Positions 46,825 through 54,473 of a stretch of DNA of 64,000 bases are shown piece by piece. Position numbers and translations under genes: made by a program. The stretch covers positions 9,810-73,809 of the forward strand of contig JAUYOV010000007.1 of the NCBI GenBank assembly GCA_030697795.1, written 5' to 3'. The DNA comes from a bacterium. Lineage in GTDB: Bacteria > Patescibacteriota > Minisyncoccia > JACQLN01. How positions within the stretch are numbered: the stretch's first letter is position 1; the number at the start of each line of letters is the position of its first letter. The notes under the pieces were generated by a model. It had not been told where the DNA came from and made no database searches. It was given only the letters and a program-made list of their open reading frames with translations.

Positions 46825-48588
46825 TTATTCCCTCGAAGCCCTCAAAACTTCTTCTATACTCGTAATGCCTTGAACGGCTTTTATAAAACCATCTTCTAGC
46901 ATAGTTATCATACCTTCTTCTTCGGCTACTTTTTGAATATCATCTGATGTGGCCGAAGCCACAATAAGTTCTTTAATTTTTGGCGTAATATCTAAAACTT
47001 CAAAAATTCCCACCCGACCCTTATACCCATTGGGCGAATTTTCTGTTTCTTTCGGCCTATAAAAACTTATTGATTCCCATGTGTCTTTTGGCCCGATAAT
47101 TTTTTCGTCTTTAAGTGTTTTTAAAACTTTATCCAAATTTATTTCTTTACCCAGCGCTTCTATTTCTTTTTTTGTAAGATTATATTTGGTCCTGCTATCC
47201 CCCGATAAACATCTAACCAACCTCTGCCCCACAATAGCTGTTAGCGTAGACGAAATAAGAAACGGCTCTACTTTCATATCTATTAAGCGCGGGATAGCGC
47301 CGGCGGCAGAATTTGTGTGCAAAGTAGAAACAACTAAATGACCAGTTAAGGAAGCGTTAATAGCGAGCGCCGCCGTTTCACTGTCGCGGATTTCCCCCAC
47401 CATAATTATATCTGGATCCTGCCTAACCAAAGTGCGTAAACCCTGCGCAAAAGAAAAACCAATATCCGGTTTAACCTGTGTTTGATTAACGCGCGGTATA
47501 CGATATTCTATCGGATCCTCTACTGTAGAAATATTAACTTCGGGCGTATTTAAAATATCTAAAACTGTATAAAGCGACGTGGTTTTGCCCGAACCGGTGG
47601 GACCGGTTGATAAAATTAAACCAGTTGGACGCTTAATGGCGCGATGCAAGATTTCTAGGGCCTTACCCCGATAGCCCAAACTTTCCAAAGTAAAACCTTG
47701 AGAATCTTCTTTTAAAAGACGCATCACAATTTTTTCGCCGTCATAAACCGGTAAAATAGAAACACGAAAAGAAACTTTAAAACCCTTCCCTTCTATTTTA
47801 AAACGGCCGTCTTGAGGCAACCTATGTTCGTCTAATTTTAAATTAGAGAGGACTTTGATGCGCGCCACAATACCATCGTGCACCGCTTGAGGCAGTGTCA
47901 TTACATCTTTTAAAATTCCATCAATGCGATACCTCACCACTACATCTTTTTCTTCGGGTTCTATATGTATATCGGAAGCGCTTTCCAAAATAGCGTGCCG
48001 AATTAAAGTATCAACGATTTTAACCACGGGCAATTCTTCGGCCACGCGTTGTAATTCGGCGTCCGATTTTATTTTGCCATCTTTAGAAGCCAAGCCCACA
48101 ACCTTAAGTACAGCGGAAGATTCACTTTTTATAATATTGTTAAATTCGTCTTCTAAACTACGCTGATACTGCCTTAAAACAGCTTCTAGCGACTGGCGTG
48201 AAGTTAACCTAGGTAAAATATTAAGACTGGCTTTTTTCTTTATAAAATCTATAGTTTGTAAATCGTTAGGATCCAGCATAGCTACCTCAAGATCAGTGCC
48301 TGTCTGGCGAAATGCCACAATATTACTGTTGCGGGCGATTGGTTCTGGAATTATTTTTAAAATTTCCGAATCAACTTTTTGTTGGGTTAGATCCACAAAA
48401 GGAATGCCTAAAACATAAGCTTTGGCTTTGGCTATCATCTCTTCGGAAACAAAATTACGACGAATTAAAACCTCATCTAACCTGCGGCCAGTTTCTTTTT
48501 GATCGGTTTCGGCTAGTTCTAAATTTTTGGCCGAAACTAAATTTGAATCAACTAAAAATCTTTTAAATTTTTCCAAGTCCAACGTCAT
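46825..48588 (-). CDS. pilB: type IV pilus assembly ATPase PilB (GspE family)
   Basis: Walker A 'GPTGSGKTTSLY', Asp/His boxes, N-terminal GSPII domains. Confidence 0.9.
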   Translation of the reverse strand: MTLDLEKFKRFLVDSNLVSAKNLELAETDQKETGRRLDEVLIRRNFVSEEMIAKAKAYVLGIPFVDLTQQKVDSEILKIIPEPIARNSNIVAFRQTGTDLEVAMLDPNDLQTIDFIKKKASLNILPRLTSRQSLEAVLRQYQRSLEDEFNNIIKSESSAVLKVVGLASKDGKIKSDAELQRVAEELPVVKIVDTLIRHAILESASDIHIEPEEKDVVVRYRIDGILKDVMTLPQAVHDGIVARIKVLSNLKLDEHRLPQDGRFKIEGKGFKVSFRVSILPVYDGEKIVMRLLKEDSQGFTLESLGYRGKALEILHRAIKRPTGLILSTGPTGSGKTTSLYTVLDILNTPEVNISTVEDPIEYRIPRVNQTQVKPDIGFSFAQGLRTLVRQDPDIIMVGEIRDSETAALAINASLTGHLVVSTLHTNSAAGAIPRLIDMKVEPFLISSTLTAIVGQRLVRCLSGDSRTKYNLTKKEIEALGKEINLDKVLKTLKDEKIIGPKDTWESISFYRPKETENSPNGYKGRVGIFEVLDITPKIKELIVASATSDDIQKVAEEEGMITMLEDGFIKAVQGITSIEEVLRASRE

Positions 48589-48756
48589 TGTACTCTAATT
48601 ATACAACATCTTTCTTAAATTGTGGCGATTTGATAGAGTAAATGCTGACGGAGAGTAGTATAGTGGGTTAAAAGCAAAAGTCTTTGCTTTTAACGGGCGG
48701 TTATATTTATATTAAGTGATGGATAAAAAACCGCCCCGGAAGTAGCCTGCTTCTTG

Positions 48757-48862
48757 CCCGCCTAAATTTTATCGGGGTGTCGTATACTGGCAGTACGTCT
48801 GCTTTGGGAGCAGATAGACTGGGTTCGATTCCCAGCACCCCGACTGATCAAATTTAGGCGGG
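48757..48862. repeat. perfect 13-bp inverted repeat (CCCGCCTAAATTT / AAATTTAGGCGGG) bracketing tRNA-Pro
   Basis: Arms at 48757-48769 and 48850-48862, each 3-6 nt from the tRNA ends. Confidence 0.8.
48773..48843 (+). tRNA. tRNA-Pro (anticodon UGG)
   Basis: Acceptor CGGGGTG/CACCCCG, anticodon loop TTTGGGA, T-arm CTGGG-TTCGATT-CCCAG, discriminator A. Short D-arm. No encoded CCA. Confidence 0.7.
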
Positions 48863-48865
48863 TGA

Positions 48866-48906
48866 AGGAGCAGGTAGTCCGAGTTCGATTCTCGGCTCTC
48901 CGACCA
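48866..48906 (+). other. orphan tRNA 3' fragment (T-arm CCGAG-TTCGATT-CTCGG, acceptor 3' strand CTCTCCG, A, CCA)
   Basis: T-stem/loop and a 3' acceptor strand ending ACCA, with no matching 5' half or D/anticodon arms nearby. Confidence 0.5.
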
Positions 48907-48912
48907 AGTCAA

Positions 48913-48948
48913 ACTTGGCGCAGCCTAGTATGACTTGGCGCAGCCTAG
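48913..48948. repeat. two tandem 16-bp direct repeats ACTTGGCGCAGCCTAG (period 20)
   Basis: Exact copies at 48913-48928 and 48933-48948, followed by a GCCTCG/CGAGGC hairpin. Confidence 0.8.
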
Positions 48949-48982
48949 GTTGACGCAGGCCTCGTTTGACGAGGCAATAATC

Positions 48983-49234
48983 ATGTATTACGTGTACGCG
49001 TTAAAAAGCCAGAAAGATCTAAACCTCTATATTGGATTCACAACCGATTTAAAAGAAAGAATGGAAAGACATAAAAACGGAGAGGTTTTGTCTACTAAAC
49101 ACAGAAGACTATTAAAATTGATTTTTTATGAAGCTTTCATAAATAAACATGATGCACTAGCGAGAGAAAAATATTTAAAAAGCGGTTATGGGAAAGAGCA
49201 GTTACAAAGCATTTTAAAAAACATACTAACATAG
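48983..49234 (+). CDS. GIY-YIG nuclease-family protein (YhbQ/UPF0213-like)
   Basis: 'YYVYALKS...LYIGFTTDLKERMERHKNG...EKYLKSGYGKEQ' GIY-YIG core. Start set at the ATG at 48983. Confidence 0.65.
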   Translation: MYYVYALKSQKDLNLYIGFTTDLKERMERHKNGEVLSTKHRRLLKLIFYEAFINKHDALAREKYLKSGYGKEQLQSILKNILT

Positions 49235-49305
49235 GCGGGTATCGTATAGTGGTAATACCACAGCTTTCCAAGCTGTTGCTAGGGGTTCGATTCCCCTTAC
49301 CCGCT
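49235..49305 (+). tRNA. tRNA-Gly (anticodon UCC)
   Basis: Acceptor GCGGGTA/TACCCGC, D-stem GTAT/ATAC, anticodon stem ACAGC/GCTGT with loop TTTCCAA, T-arm AGGGG-TTCGATT-CCCCT. Confidence 0.8.
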
Positions 49306-49474
49306 CTAAATGAAAATAATCCCAATTCTCATTGGGGTTATTTTTGTTTATTGAATGGATTTGGGGAATCGAAGGGTATTTTAAAAAGTGAACTGCTTCA
49401 CTTTTTAAAAACCCGGGCTCCGAGGGAACTTGCGAGCCTGAAACGCAGTTTCGTGCGAGCAAGTGGAAGAGGAG

Positions 49475-49492
49475 GATTCCCCTTACCCGCTC
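49475..49492 (+). repeat. 18-bp direct duplicate of the tRNA-Gly 3' end (GATTCCCCTTACCCGCTC)
   Basis: Identical to 49289-49306. Embedded in a run of hairpins between tRNA-Gly and hup. Confidence 0.75.
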
Positions 49493-49601
49493 AAAATTGC
49501 AACAATTTTGAGCGAGGCTCGCTCGCATTCTGCGAGGCGGCCAGCTCCAACAAAAAACCCCACTTTATAAGATGGGAGTTTTTGTTAACTTTTTACAAAG
49601 T

Positions 49602-49874
49602 CTACTTTACAGCTTCTTTCAAAGTCTTGCCGGCTCTAAATTTAGGGGCTTTTTTAGCCGCAATATGAATCTTTTCGCCTGTTCTTGGGTTTATACCTTC
49701 GCGAGCTTTTCTATCGGAAACTCTAAAAACTCCAAAACCAGAAATATTCACGCTATCGCCCTTAATCATGGTTTGAGTAATAACATCAAAAATGGTATCT
49801 ACCATTTCTGCTGTTTCCGATTTGGCTTTGCCAGTTTTGGCAGCTACTGCTGCCACGAATTGATTTTTTGTCAT
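49602..49874 (-). CDS. hup: HU-family DNA-binding protein
   Basis: 90 aa with 'GFGVFRVSDRKAREGINPRTGEKI' arm motif. Confidence 0.9.
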   Translation of the reverse strand: MTKNQFVAAVAAKTGKAKSETAEMVDTIFDVITQTMIKGDSVNISGFGVFRVSDRKAREGINPRTGEKIHIAAKKAPKFRAGKTLKEAVK

Positions 49875-50097
49875 TATTTTTTATTAAGTAATTACTGCGC
49901 TTTCATTCGACCTTTCCAAAAAGTCGCATCTTTACTACCTCCATGATACCCGACCTTCAGTTTTTCCGCAATAAACCTAGCTTTTTGTTGTGGATAATTT
50001 CAGTTATTAGTTTTAAGTTATTAGTTTTGGTTAATCAGTTTTTGTTTCTTAGTCTAATCAAAAACCGTGACTGCAAAACCAGAACCAAAAACTGGCT

Positions 50098-51627
50098 TTA
50101 CTTAGCATACTCCACCGCTCTGTTTTCTCTAATAACGGTTACTTTTATTTCTCCTGGGTATTGAAGCTCGTCCTGAATCTTGCCCGCCATGTCTTTGGCC
50201 AGCTTATGCATGCCAAAATCATCAATTTTATCTGGCATAACAAACACCCTAACCTCTCGGCCCGATTGTATGGCGTAAGACTTTTCTATGCCTTCAAAAC
50301 TATTGGTAATCCTTTCAATATCTTCCAAACGTTTAAGATAAATTTCTACCGAGTCTTTTCTGGCGCCGGGGCGAGCCGCCGAAATAGACTCGGCCACCTG
50401 CACAATTATACTTTCCGGAGTTTCATAGGGATATTCGCCGTGATGCGCCTGCATAGCTTTAATAACATTCTCACCCACGCTAAATTTTTGCAAAATTCTT
50501 CGGCCAATATCTACGTGCGAACCTTGAACCTCGTGGTCTATGGCTTTGCCCACATCATGGAAAAGCGTGCCCATTTTAGCCACGCGAATATTAGCACCCA
50601 GTTCTGCGGCCAACATGCCAGCTATGTGAGCTGATTCAACCGAGTGATCTAAAACATTTTGCCCAAAAGAAGTTCTAAATTTTAATCTGCCCAAGAGCTG
50701 AACCAACCTAGGATCAAGTCCGGTTAAGCCTAAGTCAAAAATTGCCGCTTCGCCCGCTTCTTTAGCTTTTTCATTTACCTTTTCGCGCGCCTGCGCTACG
50801 GCTTCTTCTATTTTGGCGGGCTGAATTCTGCCGTCTTTTATTAAACTTTCCAAAGCGGTTTTGGCAATTTGCCTGCGGACTGGATCAAAACCCGAAATCA
50901 TAACGGAATCGGGAGTTTCATCTACTACAATTTCTACACCGGTTAATTTTTCTAGAGCTTTAATATTTCTGCCTTCTTTGCCAATTATTTTTCCCTTAAG
51001 TTCTTCGGAGGGTAAATTTACATATGTGGTTGTTACTTCGGAAACCACCGAACCCGCGTACCTCTGTAACGAAGAAATCAAAAGCTCTTGAGTTTTTTTC
51101 TCAAGCTCATTTTTATTTTCGTTTCCTAAGCGATGAATTTGTTTTAAAAGATCTTCGCTGTATGTTTTTTCTAACTGCTTAAAAATTTCTTCTTTCGCTT
51201 TTTCCTGATTAAAACCAGAAATTCTCTCTAGCTCCACCAATTCTTTTTTTCTTATTTCCTCTACTGTTTCTTTAGCTTTGGAAACTTGGACGCGCTCCCC
51301 CTCCAGAACTTCTATTTTTCGTTCTGTTTCTTGTATCTTTTTTTCTAAGCCTTCTTCTCTTTTTAGTAAGAGATCTTCTATCTTAGCTAATTGACTCTGA
51401 CGGCGAGTTGTCTCTTCTTTAGCTTCATTTACAATCTCCCGCGCTTTGCTTTTGGCTTCATCTTCTTTTTCCTTAACTTCAGCCCTGGCTTTTTCAACCA
51501 TTTTAGCCAAGCGGGCCTCCAAACTACCAGCTCTTCTTTGAGCTATCTGCTGTCGAATAAAGTAACCTATCCCCAAGCCCATGGCCGCAACCAAAACTAG
51601 CTGGGGTAATATTCCAACTTGAAACAT
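50098..51627 (-). CDS. rny: ribonuclease Y
   Basis: N-terminal TM, long coiled coil, KH domain, and HD domain ('HSVESAHIAG...HDVGKA'). Confidence 0.9.
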   Translation of the reverse strand: MFQVGILPQLVLVAAMGLGIGYFIRQQIAQRRAGSLEARLAKMVEKARAEVKEKEDEAKSKAREIVNEAKEETTRRQSQLAKIEDLLLKREEGLEKKIQETERKIEVLEGERVQVSKAKETVEEIRKKELVELERISGFNQEKAKEEIFKQLEKTYSEDLLKQIHRLGNENKNELEKKTQELLISSLQRYAGSVVSEVTTTYVNLPSEELKGKIIGKEGRNIKALEKLTGVEIVVDETPDSVMISGFDPVRRQIAKTALESLIKDGRIQPAKIEEAVAQAREKVNEKAKEAGEAAIFDLGLTGLDPRLVQLLGRLKFRTSFGQNVLDHSVESAHIAGMLAAELGANIRVAKMGTLFHDVGKAIDHEVQGSHVDIGRRILQKFSVGENVIKAMQAHHGEYPYETPESIIVQVAESISAARPGARKDSVEIYLKRLEDIERITNSFEGIEKSYAIQSGREVRVFVMPDKIDDFGMHKLAKDMAGKIQDELQYPGEIKVTVIRENRAVEYAK

Positions 51628-52017
51628 TTTGTGTGTAAGTTATCGGATGGTTTAAAACCTGTAAAAACATTTTATAAACGTAAAATATTAATGCTTTGTG
51701 CCGCCTTTTCATGCTTTTTGGCCCAAAGTATACCTCCAACAAACTCTAAATCTTTAAATTAATACCTAGTTAAATTTAACACTTATAAGGCAAAAAAGTA
51801 AAGCCCCGTAGTAGTTGAGCTGTAATCAAACCAAGGTTTTTAATATCAAACCTGTTAGAACAAAATTAACGCTGTTTTTTTATGATAAGCGCAATTAGAG
51901 CAACAAGAATAAGTATAAGTGCGCTAAGAATATATAAATTAGTCATTATAGATGTAAAGTTAATCATAATTATTCCACAAGAGCGATACTCAAAGACCAT
52001 GCGGACATAGATAATAT

Positions 52018-52152
52018 TTAACCAAAAATAACTAAACCGATATCAAGAGCGCCATTAACCAATGGCCCTACCAAGACTATGGCAAATAGCACTTGGCCAA
52101 TGTCACGAACTATCTCGGAAAGGGTTTTGAGTTTAACCAAACCAAAAGCCAT
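52018..52152 (-). CDS. possible small hydrophobic protein (44 aa)
   Basis: 'MAFGLVKLKTLSEIVRDIGQVLFAIVLVGPLVNGALDIGLVIFG'; speculative. Confidence 0.25.
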   Translation of the reverse strand: MAFGLVKLKTLSEIVRDIGQVLFAIVLVGPLVNGALDIGLVIFG

Positions 52153-52185
52153 AACACCTTAATTATACTAACAACCCTATCAGCG

Positions 52186-52249
52186 TCAAATAAAATCCCG
52201 CACCTTTTGAAAAGTGCGGGATGAGTCGCCCCGAGTTTTTTCGGAGCGG
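52186..52249. repeat. about 60-bp direct repeat copy 1 with hairpin CCCGCAC-CTTTTGAAAA-GTGCGGG
   Basis: Roughly 85-90% identical to 52787-52848. Ends about 65 nt before the antitoxin start. Confidence 0.75.
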
Positions 52250-52314
52250 ACCAGTGTCCAACATCTGGTGTTGGACAGTTTACAGATGTGTGATTTTTAG
52301 CTAGAGTATACATT

Positions 52315-52548
52315 ATGAATGGCAAAGTAACTATAACCAAAGAAAAATACCAAGAACTCGTCGAAAAAGCCGAGAAATTTGAAGTTATTCAAAAATTGGC
52401 TTTTGATAACCAAGATTTTTTCCAAGAACCAGCTACTAAAAACATTTCCACGATCATAAAGGATATGGAAAAAACGGCTAAATACTCAAAAGCTTTCTTA
52501 AAAAGTCTTGCTTCCGGATTAAAAAAATCAGCTTATTTTTCTAAATGA
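52315..52548 (+). CDS. putative antitoxin
   Basis: 77-aa ORF overlapping the downstream toxin by 4 bp. Confidence 0.4.
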   Translation: MNGKVTITKEKYQELVEKAEKFEVIQKLAFDNQDFFQEPATKNISTIIKDMEKTAKYSKAFLKSLASGLKKSAYFSK

Positions 52549-52793
52549 AAATCTGTTCGCTTCGGAAAGATTTGATTGATTACCTTGTTAAGCGAAAACT
52601 ATTAAAACGTTTTAATAAACAGAAGAAACTTTTTGAAGCCAATCCTTTTCACACAAGTTTAAACACGGAAATTTTAGAGCCAAAAAAATTAAGAATCAGT
52701 AGTTTTAGAATAACTCGCAACTGGCGGGCTATTTTTGTTTATATCGGCCAAGATACAATTGAGATAGTTGATATAAATAATCATTACAAATAA
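52545..52793 (+). CDS. RelE/ParE-family toxin
   Basis: 'SSFRITRNWRAIFVYIGQDTIEIVDINNH' motif. Confidence 0.6.
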   Translation: MKICSLRKDLIDYLVKRKLLKRFNKQKKLFEANPFHTSLNTEILEPKKLRISSFRITRNWRAIFVYIGQDTIEIVDINNHYK

Positions 52794-52848
52794 ATCCCGC
52801 ACCTTTTGAAAGGTGCGGGACGAGCCGCCCCGAGTTTCTCAGAGCGGA
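52787..52848. repeat. about 60-bp direct repeat copy 2 (hairpin CCCGCACC-TTTTGAAA-GGTGCGGG)
   Basis: Matches copy 1, with a compensatory change in the stem. Ends about 62 nt before the gpmI start. Confidence 0.75.
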
Positions 52849-52910
52849 TTGTTGAACCTTGGAGGTTTAATAGGGAGATTTAAAAACTGGCTTCGGGTAT
52901 AATTATAGAT

Positions 52911-54473
52911 ATGAAACCAGTAGTACTAGTAATTTTAGACGGCTATGGCGTGGGCGAAAAAAGTAAGGGAAACGCTATAAGCCAAGCCAATAAGCCTAAT
53001 TTAGATTTTATAGAAAAAAACTACCCATCTGTTTTGCTCCAAGCTTCGGGCGTGCCCGTAGGCCTGCCGTGGGGCGAAGCGGGCAATTCCGAAGTTGGCC
53101 ATACCGCTATGGGTACGGGCCAAGTTTGGCAACAACCCCTAACCCGAATAACTTTAGCTATTCAAAATGGCAGTTTCTTCCAAAACCCTGTTTTAAAAAA
53201 AGCTGCCGATCACGCTAAAAATAATAATTCGGTTTGGCATTTAATTGGACTGGTTGGCTCGGGCTCGGTGCATTCTTATATAGATCATCTTTACGCTCTG
53301 GTGGAAATGGCCAAAAACGAGAATGTAAAAGAAATCTGGCTACACCTTTCCACCGATGGCCAAGACAGCCCACCTAAAGAATCTGCCACCTTGATTCAAA
53401 ATTTAATTGAAAGGTTAAACTGGCTTGGTAAAGGAAAAATCGCAAGTTGTATCGGCAGGTTTTATAGTATGGACCGCGATAACCATTGGGATAGAATCGA
53501 AAAAGCTTATCGTTTAATAGTAGAAGATCAAGGTGAAAAAACTAAAGATTTTATCGCGTCTATAAAAAATCAATATGCTAAAAATATAAACGATAACTAT
53601 ATGGAGCCAATGGTTTTGGTTAACGAAAAAGACGAACCCCAAGGCACTGTCCGAGATGGCGATGTTGTTATATTTTTTAATTTTAGAGAAGACAGAGCCC
53701 GCCAACTGGCAAAAGCTATGGCGGTTTCTAGTTTTAAAGAATTCCCCCGCCCAGAACTAAAAAATATTTTTTACGCCACGCTGACTCAATATGAAAAAGA
53801 CTTACCGGCTGAAGTCATATTTCCTCCGCTTGAATTAAAATATACCCTCTCGCAAATACTTTCAGAAAATGGCAAAAAGCAGTTCAAAATTGCCGAAACA
53901 GAAAAATACGCTCACGTTACTTATTTTTTTAACGGCGGGCGCGAAACAGCTTTTCCCGGCGAAGAAAGGCAACTTATAAAATCCGCGGCGGCGGTACACT
54001 TTAACGATGTGCCGGAAATGAAAGCTTTTGAAATAGCCGAGGGCTTAGCCTCTGCTATAAAATTAGGAAAATATGATTTTATACTGGGGAATTTTGCTAA
54101 CGCCGATATGGTGGGCCACACTGGCGATTTACCCGCCACCATAAAAGCCGTTGGAGCGCTTGATTTGGCGGTAAAAAAAGTAATGGACGTGGTTTTAGAA
54201 GTAGATGGAACTTTAATAATAACCGCAGACCACGGCAACGCCGAACTTAAAATAAATACCTTAAGTGGCGAAATAAATACCGAGCATACCATAAACCCCG
54301 TGCCTTTTTATTTAGTTACGAATAATCTTAAAAAACCGCAGGGTGATAAGAATAAAAATCAGGTTGGTGGAATTTTGCAGGACGTCGCCGCCACAGTGCT
54401 AGACTTAATGCAGATAGCTCCACCTAACGATATGGATGGGAGAAGTCTTCTACCAACTCTCTATGAAGAATAG
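52911..54473 (+). CDS. gpmI: 2,3-bisphosphoglycerate-independent phosphoglycerate mutase
   Basis: 520 aa. 'VLVILDGYGVG' N-terminus and the metalloenzyme/iPGM domain pattern. Confidence 0.9.
   Translation: MKPVVLVILDGYGVGEKSKGNAISQANKPNLDFIEKNYPSVLLQASGVPVGLPWGEAGNSEVGHTAMGTGQVWQQPLTRITLAIQNGSFFQNPVLKKAADHAKNNNSVWHLIGLVGSGSVHSYIDHLYALVEMAKNENVKEIWLHLSTDGQDSPPKESATLIQNLIERLNWLGKGKIASCIGRFYSMDRDNHWDRIEKAYRLIVEDQGEKTKDFIASIKNQYAKNINDNYMEPMVLVNEKDEPQGTVRDGDVVIFFNFREDRARQLAKAMAVSSFKEFPRPELKNIFYATLTQYEKDLPAEVIFPPLELKYTLSQILSENGKKQFKIAETEKYAHVTYFFNGGRETAFPGEERQLIKSAAAVHFNDVPEMKAFEIAEGLASAIKLGKYDFILGNFANADMVGHTGDLPATIKAVGALDLAVKKVMDVVLEVDGTLIITADHGNAELKINTLSGEINTEHTINPVPFYLVTNNLKKPQGDKNKNQVGGILQDVAATVLDLMQIAPPNDMDGRSLLPTLYEE

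Noticed and set aside
48648-48700. CGGAGAG at 48648 as the missing 5' acceptor half of the orphan tRNA fragment (split or intron-containing tRNA)
   Set aside because: The following sequence cannot form a D-arm or anticodon arm; it instead forms a simple AAGCAAA/TTTGCTT hairpin. This is a coincidental 7-mer.
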